Shown here one piece after another: positions 1 to 10,492 of a DNA stretch of 64,000 nt (its first letter is position 1; every line of letters starts with the position of its first letter). The notes below the pieces were generated by a model. The model saw only the letters and a program-made list of their open reading frames with translations, did no database searches and was not told where the DNA came from. Origin of the DNA: Heterodontus francisci (lineage: Eukaryota); contig NW_027140807.1 of NCBI RefSeq assembly GCF_036365525.1, forward strand, positions 1,054,001 to 1,118,000, read 5' to 3'. The translations under genes and the position numbers were made by a program.

Positions 1-374
1 TTCACACCTGGTGTAGCTGTGGAGTAAAACATCAGCCGCGGCTCCTTCCCCGGTCCTGTCTGTACCAGAACATGTAACCGCTACTCTCATCCTCCACACG
101 GCACTCCAGTCCCACTCCCTCCCCAGGAAATCTGGAGATGGCGGTGGGATTCTGGCGGACCCTCGCGGAGATTGCGCCTGGGGGAAGAGACCGGGAGAGA
201 AGAAAGTCAGTGAACATGGACAATCTGGGATGTGAAGAATGAAGGAAGAAGAGAAAGATAGAGAGAAAGAAAATAAGAAAGAGAGCTGTTAATAAAAACA
301 ATGGGGGTGTGGGGTGGTGGTGAGAAAGATCCTTTACTTTGAAATAAGACCATGAGACTCAGTAACAGATACAT
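1..374 (-). pseudogene. TCR Vbeta-like segment, copy 1 (leader exon 338-374; V exon 177 to <1, runs off the window); frameshifted
   Basis: Leader MYLLLSLMVLFQ followed by a phase-1 GTAAAG donor. Acceptor tcttcccccAG, then SAISARVRQNPTAISRFPGEGVGLECRVEDESSGYMFWYRQD (Ig V Cys23 and WYRQ). A 1-nt deletion near 48-53 shifts the frame away from KEPRLMFYSTATPGV. Confidence 0.85.
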
Positions 375-460
375 CTTCCACTGGAAGCTTATCCTGCAAT
401 TGGGAAATCAGTGGAAAGAAGACAGTTGAGTCTTGTGAGGAGCCACATGTAGACTCAAGC

Positions 461-528
461 AAGTGATTCAGGTTTGCACAACACCTCCCTCCCTGATGGG
501 GAACCCACGCCCCTCTCTCTACCATTGG
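461..528 (-). promoter_or_regulatory. Putative V-segment promoter (CCAAT 524-528, GC box 505-513, AP-1/CRE-like AGTGATTCA 462-470)
   Basis: Motifs lie 90-155 bp upstream of the leader ATG and are largely conserved in the copies near 5.36-5.43 kb and 52.46-52.53 kb. Confidence 0.4.
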
Positions 529-534
529 CTGCCA

Positions 535-825
535 GTAGTTGCTGTGGCATTTATTGGTATCATTCTGCTGCTGAGGTTGTTGTTGTATTTGCTGGTGTTT
601 TTCTCCGACTGAGGTTGTTGAATTTGTTGGTGTTTGAATCTCCTGCTGATCTGTTGTTGAATTTGTTGGCCTTGTTCTCCTGCTGAGGTAGTTGTTGTGT
701 TGGTTGGTGTTTTCCCTGCTGAGGTTTTTGTTGTACTTGTTGTTTTCTTCCCTGTTTAAATTGTTGTTCAATTTGGTTTTTGCATGTTGAGGTTGTTGAT
801 GTATTTTTGGTGCGGTTATTTTCTA
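535..825 (-). repeat. Degenerate AAC-rich minisatellite (about 36-bp unit)
   Basis: Repeated gttgttgaatttgttggtgtt motifs; same family at 3440-3950, 5435-5740, 6850-7085, 46700-47650, 52540-52855 and 53995-54235. Confidence 0.8.
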
Positions 826-1232
826 TTTTTTAATTCATTCATGGGATTTTGGGCGATGCTGGTTGAGGTCAGCATTTATTGTCCATCCCTAATTGCCCCT
901 TGAGAAGGTGGTGGTGAGCTGCCTTCGTGAACCACTGCAGTCCATGTAGTGTAGGTACACCCACAGTGCTGTTAGGAAGGGAGTTTCAGGATTTTGACCC
1001 AGCGACAATGAAGGAACGGTGATATAGTTCCAAGTCACGATGGTGTGTGACTTGGAGGGGACCTTGCAGGCGGTGGTGTCCCCATGCTTCTGCTGCCCTT
1101 GTCCATCTAGTTGGTAGAGGCCGCGGGTTTGGAAGGTGCTGTCGAAGGAGCCTTGGTGCATAACTGCAGTGCTTTTTGCAGCTGGTACATACTGCTTCCA
1201 CTGTGCGTCGGTGGTGGTGGGAGTGAATATTT
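826..1232 (-). mobile_element. CR1-group LINE 3' end fragment
   Basis: ORF2 C-terminus SFIVAGSKS(W)NSLP...HHHLLKG plus 3' UTR with AATAAA and an A-rich tail; paralogous to 5740-6850 and 52855-53985. Confidence 0.8.
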
Positions 1233-1397
1233 AAGGTGATGTTTGTTTAGTTAGATTCCCCCAGAAGCTGTGGTGGGATTTGACCTCCTGTGCTCTGGAT
1301 TATTCAGTCGAGGCCTCTGGATTACTAGTCCCAGTAACATAACAGCTATACTACCATACCCCCAAAGACTGGGGGAAGGTGTATTACATCATTCCCG

Positions 1398-1720
1398 AGT
1401 TTATGCCGTGTTTCCTTGCATTCTAGTTACACTGTGTGTGTACTTGTGAGCCGCGCAGTAGTAAGTGATGTTGTCTTGTGCACGGGAGCTTTTCAAGGAC
1501 AGAGTCAAAGTGTTGGCTTGAGTCTCGTGCTGGGTTTCAATCCTTTTCCTGCATTTAGATGCAGAAAGTACACTCTATCTAATCCATTCCAGGCAGTCAC
1601 CAATCTGCAAGTACCAGTCCATACCAGTCATGTTGCCCTGCCCAATACTGCTGTGGAACGTGGTTACCTCCCCAGGAACCAGGGCGTTGGCCGCCGGGGA
1701 CTGGAGAACCATCTAACATC
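1398..1720 (-). pseudogene. TCR V pseudogene, Vdelta-like (family uncertain), with 23-RSS
   Basis: Minus-strand frame VLQSPAANALVPGEVTTFHSSIGQGNMTGMDWYLQIGDCLEWIR*SVLSASKCRKRIETQHETQANTLTLSLKSSRAQDNITYYCAAHKYT. Cys23 is replaced by Ser and there is a TAG at 1575-1577. RSS: CACAGTG (1430-1436), 23-nt spacer, GCATAAACT (1398-1406). A possible frameshifted leader lies at 1938-1972. Confidence 0.8.
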
Positions 1721-2263
1721 TGACAAGATTCTTCACACAGGATGGCAGATCAATGGGGAGAGAACGATAGAGGGTTACAGGGAGGGACAGAGGCAAAAGC
1801 AGAAGAAAGGGATTAAGAAGGAGACAAAATAATTTCCTCCAGTCACGCTGCTGCCTTCACACTTCTATTTGCTCGACAGGTTAAGCCCAATTATAAATCA
1901 GATTTATTACATTGATAAAACTATAAATGTGCCAAACCCGGAAGGATGAACACAAACCAGCTCAGTCTGCATCTGAGAAAGAGGAAAATTGGTAATGTTT
2001 AAGGATGATACTCTGTTAAAAGAATCCTAAATGCTGTTCAGATCAAGGAACAGTAAATTATTTCAGTTTGGTTGACGAGCTGATGATGTATAACAATGCA
2101 TAAAGTAACTATTACGAACATTAATTTCATCAACAATGGTACCAAATGGGGATAGTGGTGTTTCCTGTCTTAAAGGTGGAAAGCAGAAATATGGAATGGC
2201 AAGGAATCATGACCAGTATCTCCGAATAACACTTCAGTATCTTCTGTCAGCAGATCTCTAACT

Positions 2264-2586
2264 AGTTTGGTTTAGTTTAGAGATAGAGCACTGAAACAGG
2301 CCCTTCTGCCCACCGAGGCTGTGCCGACCATCAACCACCCATTTATACGAATCCGATACTAATTCCATATTCCTACCACATTCCCACCTGTCCCTATATT
2401 CCCCTACCACCTACCTATACAAGGGGCAAATATATAATGGCCAATTAACCTATCAACCAGCAAGTCTTTGGCATGTGGGAGGAAACCGGAGCACCCGGAG
2501 GAAACCCACGCAGACACAGGGAGAACTTGCAAACTCCACACAGGCAGTACCCAGAATTGAACCCGGGTCGCTGGAGCTGTGAGGCT
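2264..2586 (-). mobile_element. HE1-like V-SINE (tRNA-derived), 5' truncated
   Basis: B-box-like GGTTCAATTC, V-SINE core GTGTGGAGTTTGCA..TTCTCCC..GCGTGGGTTTCCTCCGGGTGCTCCGGTTTCCTCCCAC, CR1-derived tail ending in (TAAAC)n. Confidence 0.85.
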
Positions 2587-2779
2587 GGATCTGTGAGATT
2601 CGTTTCAGAGGAGGAGGCTCGTTATAAGCAATGTGATCAAACCGCCCCGCTACTGTGGAAACTGCAGACAATGTCGCTGGCATTGTATTCCATACAGAGC
2701 ACCCTCAGGCCACATCATACCAACAAATTCTTGGAGGGCAACAGAGCTGGACAGGCAGAGGCCATCCCAGGGAACCCCA

Positions 2780-3362
2780 CATAGGGAGAGATAAAGAACG
2801 AGTGAGAGAGAGAGGACAGCTGAGAGGGAGCAAGGGAGAGGTAGAGTGAGGCAAAGACAGAGAGAGAGAGACAGACTGATCAACAAAGCCACTGAGAGAT
2901 GGAATGATTCAGGGAAAATTAGTTCGAAAGAGAGAGAGAGAGAGAGATTGAGAGAACGAGTGACAGATAGAGAGAATGAGGCAATAGGAGGTGTAGAGAC
3001 AGACAGGGAGAGACAGAGACAGAGCGACACAGAGGCAGAAAATGAGAGGAGATTGTAAGAATTAATGAGAGAGAGAGAGAGAATAAGAGTGAGTGTGTGT
3101 GAGAGAGAAATGGAGACAGACAGCAAGAGTAAGCAAGGAAATGAGAGGCGGGAAAGAGAGGGGAAGGAAAGAAGAGAGTGAGATAAAGAGAGAGAATGAG
3201 ATTGGGTGCGTGTGTGAGAGACAGAAAGAGCAACAGAGCAGAGAGGAAATGAGAGAAGGAAGGAGAGACAGTGATAAAGAGAGAGAATGAGAATGTGTGA
3301 GAGAGGAAAGATAACAAGAGCAACAGAGAGAGAGAGAAACAGACATGAAGAGAGAGAGCCAA
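2780..3362. repeat. Degenerate (GA)n purine-rich tract
   Basis: Low-complexity GA repeats; source of the spurious Leu/Ser and Arg/Glu ORFs. Confidence 0.85.
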
Positions 3363-3439
3363 GAAACAATTTTACTGAACAATGTTAACCTTTTTAAAAA
3401 ATCAATATTGGTGAAGTCTGCTGTTCCCCTGGAGGAGAA

Positions 3440-3952
3440 ACCCCCCACCAAAATACAAAAACAACGGCAGCAGAATAAAAATACGAACAAATTGAACAAT
3501 AACTTCAACAGGAGGAAAGAAAAACAACAATAAATTCAATAACAACCTCAACAAGAAAGACACAAACAAATTCAACAACAACCTCAACAGGAAATAGCAC
3601 AAATAAATACAACAACTTAAAGAGGAAAAAGCACCAACAAATTCAACAACAACTTCAACAGGAAAAGCACCAACAAGTTCAACAACAAATTCAAATGGGA
3701 AAATACCAACAAATTCAACAACAACTTTAACAGGAGAAAAACACCTCCAGGTTCAACAACAAACTCAACAGGAAAAACGCCAACAAATTCAACAACAACC
3801 TCAACAGGAAAAACAGCAACAAAGTCAACAACTTCAGCGGGAGGAAACACCAACAAAGTCAACAACAACTTCAGCAGGAGAAAAACAGCAAATTCAACAG
3901 AAACTTCAGCAGGAGAAAAACACCAACAGATTCAACAACAACTTCAGCAGGA
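3440..3952 (+). repeat. AAC-rich minisatellite (about 36-bp unit)
   Basis: Unit approximately caccaacaaattcaacaacaacttcaacaggaaaag. Confidence 0.85.
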
Positions 3953-4044
3953 TCTGCACGTTGTCTGTTCATGGGATCTTGCCTTTTAGAAAGTGACTGC
4001 CACTGTTCCTACATTACAGCAGTGGCCGTACTTCGAAACAGTAG

Positions 4045-4392
4045 CAAAGAATATGGGAATAGCAAAACATGCGAGATCTTGGGCTTCATAAATAGAGCCA
4101 TTGAGTGCAAAAACTGGGAAGTTATGCTGAACCTTTATAAAGCTCTGGTTAGGCCACAACTGCAAACTTGCATCCAGTTCTGGTCACCACAATTTAGGAA
4201 GGAGGTGAGGTTCCTTGAGAGGGTGCAGAGGAGATTTACCAGAATCGTTCCAGGAATGGAGGATTTTAGTTACAAGGTTAGGTTGGAGAAGCTGGGGTTG
4301 TTCTCCCTGGAGAAACTGAGATTGCGTGGAGACCTGATAGAGGTGTACAAGATTGTGACAGGTTTAGATAAAGATTACAAAGAAAAGCTGCT
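4045..4392 (+). mobile_element. CR1 LINE ORF2 3' fragment
   Basis: ILGFINRAIECK..VMLNLYKALVRPQL..CIQFWSP..LERVQRRFTR..LEKLGLFSLEKLRLRGDLIEVYKI. Confidence 0.9.
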
Positions 4393-4589
4393 CCTCACCC
4401 AGGAGTCAGTCCCCAGCTCCACTGACTAGTCCCACAGTGTTGGTGTTCCTGCTCTTCGCTCCAGCTGCAAGGAATTTACAGCCCGACACGTCCTTGCCGA
4501 CCTTTTTGGTCCACACGAACGTCGTTCCACGCCCTCTTCATCTCGCCCCCAGCCACATCTCCTTCTGTTCCTCTCTCCCTCATGTCCTA

Positions 4590-4960
4590 TCCAACTGCCC
4601 CCCTCCCCCCCAGCTTAAATACATCTTCCCTATTCCTTTCATCCTGTGGTACTGAGTTCCACATTCTCCCCACTCTCTGGGTGAAGATGTTTCTCTCAAA
4701 TTTCCAATTGGATGTTTTGGTGACTGTATTATATTGACGCACCTGCCCCGTTTTTACTGGTCTCACCCGCAAATGCAAACATTTTTCTCTACATTTATCT
4801 GATCAAGACCCCTTTCATCATCTTAAATAGCTCGATCAGGTCACTCCTCAGCCTTCTCTTTTCTAGAGAAAAGAGCCCCAGTCTGTTCAGTCTTTTCCTG
4901 ATCATTATAACCTCTCACTTCTCGTATCATCCCTGAACATCTTTCTGTGTCTTCTTCATG
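4590..4960 (-). mobile_element. Degraded CR1 fragment
   Basis: FTQRVGRMWNSVP and GLFSLEKRRL-like motifs on the - strand. Confidence 0.7.
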
Positions 4961-5044
4961 TCGAAGACATGTTCACACTGCAGTAGGTAAACCCAACAGG
5001 ATACAGAGCTGCAGGCTTTTATCTGAAACAGGTGTTTCTGTTGG

Positions 5045-5275
5045 TGTTTTTGTTGAACTGCTCCATCTCTCTGAGTCACTGTGCAGACTCCAGGCACAGC
5101 AATGCATGGCCGAGTGATTCTCCCACAGGCTGGAGGACTCCAGGTTGAACTGGGCGTCAGTCGGTCACTTGGCGCTGAAACCCCCCACCGTCCCCTCTGA
5201 AATCACACTTGGTACAGCTGGGGAGTAAAACATTATTTTGAAATAAGACCATGAGACTCAGTAACAGATAAATCT
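5045..5275 (-). pseudogene. TCR Vbeta-like segment, copy 2: internally deleted, 3' half plus near-consensus 23-RSS
   Basis: MFYSPAVPSVISEGTVGGFSAK*PTDAQFNLESSSLWENHSAMHCCAWSL (5233-5084), then CACAGTG (5077-5083), 23-nt spacer and ACAAAAACA (5045-5053). The leader remnant (ATG changed to ATT) is fused directly to mid-V. The CAWS ending is Vbeta-like. Confidence 0.88.
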
Positions 5276-5739
5276 TCCACTGGAAGCTTATCCTAAAATT
5301 GGAAAATCAGTGGAAAGAAGAGAGTTGAGTCTTGTGAGAAGCCACATGAAGATTCAAGCAAGTGATTCAGGTTTGCACAACACCTCCCTCCCTGATGGGA
5401 AACCCACGCCCCTCTCTCTACCATTGGCTGCCAGTAGTTGTTGTTGCATTTGTTGGTATAATTTTGAAGTTGTTGTTGTATTTGTTATTGTATTTGCTGG
5501 TGTTTTTCTCCAACTGAGGTTGTTGAATTTGCTGGTGTTTGAATCTCCTGCTGATCTGTTGTTGAATTTGTTGACGCTGTTCTCCTGCTGAGGTAGTTGT
5601 TGTTTTTGTTGGTGTTTTCCCTGCTGAGGTTTTTGTCGTACTTCTTGTTTCCTTCCCTGCTTAAGTTGTTGAATTTTTTTTATGTTGAGGTTGTTGTTTT
5701 AATTTGCAGCTTTTTTCCCTGCTGAGGTTATTTTCCGTT

Positions 5740-6850
5740 TTTTAGCTCATTCATGGGATTTTGGGCGATGCTGGTTGAGGCCAACAATTATTGTCCATCC
5801 CTAATTGCCCCTTGAGAAGGTGGTGGTGAGCTGCCTTCTTGAACCGCTGCAGTCCATGTGGGGTGGGTACACCCACAGTGCTGTTAGGAAGGGAGTTCCA
5901 GGATTTTGACCCACAGTTAGTGAAGGAACAGCCGATATAGTTCCAAGTCAGGATGGTGTGTGACTTGGAGGGGAACCTGCAAGTGGTGGTGTTCCCATGC
6001 ATCTGCTGCCCTTGTCCTTCTAGGTGGTAGAGGTTGCGGGTTTGGAAGGTGTTGACGGAGGGAGCCTTGGTGCATTGCTGCAGTCGATCTTGTAGATGGT
6101 ACACACTGCTGACACTATGCATCAGTGGTTGAGGGAGTGAATGTTTGTAGATGGGGTGCCAATCAAGCGGGCTGCTTTGTCCCGGATGGTGTCGAGCTTC
6201 TTGAGTGTTGTTGGAGCTGCACCCATCCAGGCAAATGGACAGTATTCCATCACACTCCTGACTTGTGCCTTGTGGATGGTGGACAGGCTTTGGGGAGTCA
6301 GGAGGCGAGTTACTCGCCGCATGATTCCTAGCCTCTGACCTGCTCTTGTAGCCACAGTATTTATACGGCTACTCCAGTTCAGATTCTGTTCAATGGCAAT
6401 CCCCAGGATGTTGATAGTGGGGGATTCAGCGATGGTAATGCCATTGAATGTCAAAGGGAGATGGTTATATTCTCTCCTGTTGTAGATGGTCAATGCGTGG
6501 CACTTGTGTGGTGCGAATGTCAGGATTATCAGCCCAAGCCTGGATGTTGTCCAGGTCTTGCTACATCTGAACACGGGCTGCTTCAGAATCTGAGCTGTCG
6601 CAAATGATGCTGAACATTGTGAAATCATCAGTGAACATCCCCACTCTGACCTTATGATTGAAGGGAATTTCATTTATGAAGCAGTTGGAGATGGTGGAAC
6701 AGGACGTACCCGGGGATGGCGATAGCGAGCTCTGTGACATTGTCTGCAAGGCATGATTCCCTGAGTATGACTATGTCAGGTTGTTGCTTGACAGCTCTCC
6801 CAACCTTGGCACAAGGCCCGAAATGTTGGTAAGGAGGACCGTGCAGATTC
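5740..6850 (-). mobile_element. CR1-group LINE, RT and 3' region, disrupted
   Basis: FTDD RT motif, SPTINILGI..LNWSS..AGQRLGIMRR..QVRSVMEY..LDTIRDKAARLI; inserted in the AAC minisatellite. Confidence 0.85.
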
Positions 6851-7089
6851 AATTTGTTGTTGCATCTGCTGCTGTGTTTCACCTGCTGAAGTTGTCTTTG
6901 TTGCTTTTCTCCTCCTGACGCACTTCTTGAATTCTGTTGGTGTTTTTTTCTCCTCCTGACATTGGTTGGTGAGCTTTTTTTTGCCAACGTTGCTTCTGAA
7001 TTTGTTGGTGTTTTCCCTCGCTGAGGCTGTTGTTGAATTTGTTGATGCTTTTCGTGCTGAGGTTTTTGTTGCATTTGTTGTATTGCCCA

Positions 7090-7445
7090 GAGGAGGTTAC
7101 AGAGATAAGGAGGGTTGTAGGGCTGGAGGAGGTTACAGTGATAGGGAGTATTGTAGGGGCTGGAGGAGGTTACAGTGATAGGGAGTATTGTAGGGGCTGG
7201 AGGAAGTGACAGAGAGAGGGAGGGATGTAGGGCTCGAGGAGGTTTCAGAGATAGAGAGGATTGTCGGGGCTGGAGGAGGTTACAGAAATAGGGAAGCTTG
7301 TCGGGGGCTGGAGCGGGTTACGGAGATAGGGAGGGTTGCATTACCTTAAGCAGGATACAGACATAGGGAGGATTGGAGGAGCTGGAGGAGGTTACAGAGA
7401 TAGGGTGGGTTGTAGGGGCTGGAGGAGGTTACAGAGACAGGGATA
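7090..7445 (+). repeat. 37-bp minisatellite, about 9 copies
   Basis: Unit ggaggaggttacagagatagggagggttgtaggggct. Confidence 0.9.
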
Positions 7446-8309
7446 ATTGTCACTGTTCATCGAGTGTACTCAGTGTTAACCCCAGTATCATTCTGGTGAA
7501 TCTCAGCTGTATCTGGTCTAAGGCAAACAGCTGCTTGTTGAGGAAGGTGCCCAGACTGTGTGCAATATTCCAGATGTAGTCTAACCAGAGCCTCCTACAA
7601 CTGTGGCATTACCTCCAAACCCTTTGTATTGTAGCTTCTTCCATTAATCACACGTTCCATAATGCATGACTGGATGCACGCATACACCACACACACACTC
7701 CCAACTCTCTCTCCCCCACCCCCTCTCTCTCCTCAGTTTGTTTGACTATGTTGTTAGTTGTGCATCTTTGTCCTTCAGCTGATCGTATCTGAGCCTCTGA
7801 TATGAAGAGTCTATTGTTCTCAGTCCTTGACAAACACAACAGCTTCCTGCTTTGTAAAAGTTGACATTATCCTAGTTGACACACGGCACAACATTCAAAT
7901 CTGTTAGTCCCAGGGAATGCAAATATCAAAGCCGGCTCAGAAGTGTTAATGAGTCCATTGTGGGACTGAATGAATATCTGACAACCTGGCATGGACTCAG
8001 GGGCACTGACAGAATCAGCAATCCAGAGAGAATGGAAACTGTGGAAACTATCAAGGACTAGGCGTTGGACATGGGCTGGTTGGAACTGAGATGCACATTC
8101 AGACGCCCCTTTTCACAGGCACAGGTAACATTGAATAACAATGTGCTGCAAGGTGATTGTGATTACTGAGGGGACAGTGACATTGTGATTCTGTCACAGG
8201 AATATTATCTGGAGCCCTGGACTGACTGCACTGCCCAATGTGCTAATGATCTAACAGAGAAATGTGGGGACAGACGAATCCCACCCCATCAGAAACAAAT
8301 CCTCGAATA

Positions 8310-8990
8310 GTCCAACAGAGGAAGGCCATTCGGCCCATCGAGGGTTTGTCATCTCTTTCGAAAATCAACCCAGTTAATCCAACTCCCCACACTTTCACAC
8401 ATAATTCCCTCATTTAATTCCCCTTCAAGTATTGAGCCAATTCCCTTTTTGAATAATACCATTGAATTTCCACCACCCTATCAGACATTGCCCTCCAAAT
8501 CCAAACGACTCATGATATTAAAAAACATTTATCCTCATGTCACCTCTGGTACCTTTGCCCATCACATTAAAGCTGTGCCCTCTGGTGATCTATCGAATCT
8601 CCCCTTAACCTTCTCTACTCTAAGGAGAACTCCACTTTCTAGCCCAGTCTTTTTACTTGACTGAAATTCCTCACCAACTGAACCATCCGAGAAATTTTCT
8701 TCTGCATCCTCTCCAAAGCCTACAGGTCTTTCCTAAAGTGTGGTGCCCAGAATTGGGCACAATGTTCCAACAGGGACCGAACTGGTGTTTTATACAGGTT
8801 TGGCATGACTCCCGGAGTTTTGGACTCGACCTCTCTATTTCCAAAGCCCAGACTGGAATATGATTTATTAATCGCTTTCTCAACCTCCTCTGCCACCTTT
8901 AAATATTCCTGCACAAGCACCCCCAGGTCTCTCTGTTCTTGCACCACTTCACAAATTGTTTTGTTTCATCTCTCCTCATTCTTGCAGTCA
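8310..8990 (-). mobile_element. Degraded CR1 3' fragment
   Basis: QRDLGVLVQEYLKVA..LYKTPVRSLLEHCAQFWAPHFRKD. Confidence 0.8.
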
Positions 8991-9864
8991 AATTCAAACA
9001 TATCAAAGACTAATCCCACCCATATCTGGGACAAATTACCTGCTTATTATTATTCGGTCAGTCATGGACAATGGTCTGCCAGTAACTCTATAAAGTTTAC
9101 ATGCAACACTTTTCCTTCCAAAAAACAACATCCTCGGTGGTTCTTGTATTGGAGTTTATACCTGAAGCCCACTGCTATCTCAATTTTGGCAGTTGAGGAG
9201 CAGTCAGTGACTGAGACATTAACATCTGGTCAGGGACCCCTCACAATATCCCATGTCCTGAATACTCAAACACTCTCTCACTGAGACATTTATGTTCTCC
9301 TCATTCTCCTTTGTATGTGTTACTAACGCTGTATCTGTGCTATTTCGGAGATGGTATCACTGTCGCTGATGTGAGGATTTCATTGTTCTCATTCTGTGAC
9401 TATATTCTGAAAAACACAATCATTTACTTTAACCCCAACGACCTCAAGGAGGAAAATGGATGTCCGATCATTTGTCTCTCCGGAACATCTTGTTTCTCTG
9501 CCCCCTCTCATCATCCCCCCAATACTGACCCACTACTGATAAGAGAGGCATGTCTCCTGTGAATATTCTCTCCCTAATACTTAATGCCTATGAAAGATCA
9601 AATATACACAGCCAACTGGCAAATACTAACTATAATATTCAGAGTCCCAGCCCCAGGCTCCAATCTCCCTACACACTCTCTGTTGGGTAACTGAAGACAA
9701 GTTATGTTACAACAGCAAAGCCCCGTGGGTTAGCATGGTCCCAGGAGAAATATTAATTTGGTTTATTATGGCAGCTACTTTAACCAAAAGGCCTTCGTTT
9801 GCATAGATTATGTAATGTCATTCATCATTACTAAATGTTAATATTTCAGCCAACCAGCACTGCA

Positions 9865-10011
9865 GTCAATCCGTCGTGGTGTATATAGGGGTTGGAGCTG
9901 ACACTGAGACTGACACTGTTCACAGCAGAGTGGACCCGAGACTGAGGAGCAAGCAGCTGGAACTGAACCGACAACATCTCCCACCCAGTGACACCTCCAT
10001 TGGAGACTCTG
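9865..10011 (+). promoter_or_regulatory. Putative promoter (CAAT 9867, TATATA 9882-9887) and non-coding exon 1 of D8C gene A
   Basis: TATA-like box followed about 125 bp later by a strong donor G/GTAAGC at 10012; both are conserved in the paralogue (57962, 58092). Confidence 0.55.
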
Positions 10012-10458
10012 GTAAGCAGTCGGGTGTGGGAGGACTGTTAGAAAAAGCAAAGGAGTTTGTCACTTGCTAGGTGTTGACCCAAGGACTGTGTGTCCTGCTT
10101 CTCCTGAAACAACACCATCTCCATGAATAACCTTTGTCAGAAATTCAAAGAGGTTCGTTACAGGGATGCAGGAGACAGACCTGGAGGAGAGAGTCAGGAA
10201 CACATGTGGTTTATTCATAAAAGTTTTGGAGAGTGGAAAGGGTGAAGGATTGGAGTCAAGTTCCTGATGTTTAACAAGAACATGTAGCTGAACTCTCCTC
10301 TGTCTCTAAGAGCCCCAGTGAGAGAGCGATAATTAGATGGAGCTCACTCTCTGAACTCCTCGGCAACTCCCTATTTTATATTCCCTCCAATTTCCCTACT
10401 CGGTAATCTCTCTCAAATGTTTGTCTTGTGTTTCCCTTTCCAGAATCTCACCAGTAAG

Positions 10459-10492
10459 ATGTGGACTCTGCTGATCATTCTGGGTTACCTGA
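10459..10492 (+). CDS. Gene A signal-peptide exon (MWTLLIILGYL)
   Basis: Acceptor ccctttcCAG at 10441-10443, ATG in AAGATGT context, phase-1 donor GTGAGT. Splicing gives MWTLLIILGYLNSALT-DPC, a typical cleavable signal. Confidence 0.85.

Noticed and set aside
2650-3508. Hydrophobic Leu/Ser ORFs resembling membrane proteins (also 21352-21834 and 47694-48121)
   Set aside because: Read-through of (CT)n/(GA)n tracts.
7090-7445. Regularly spaced repeats as a CRISPR array
   Set aside because: Head-to-tail tandem units without unique spacers, eukaryotic context, no cas genes.
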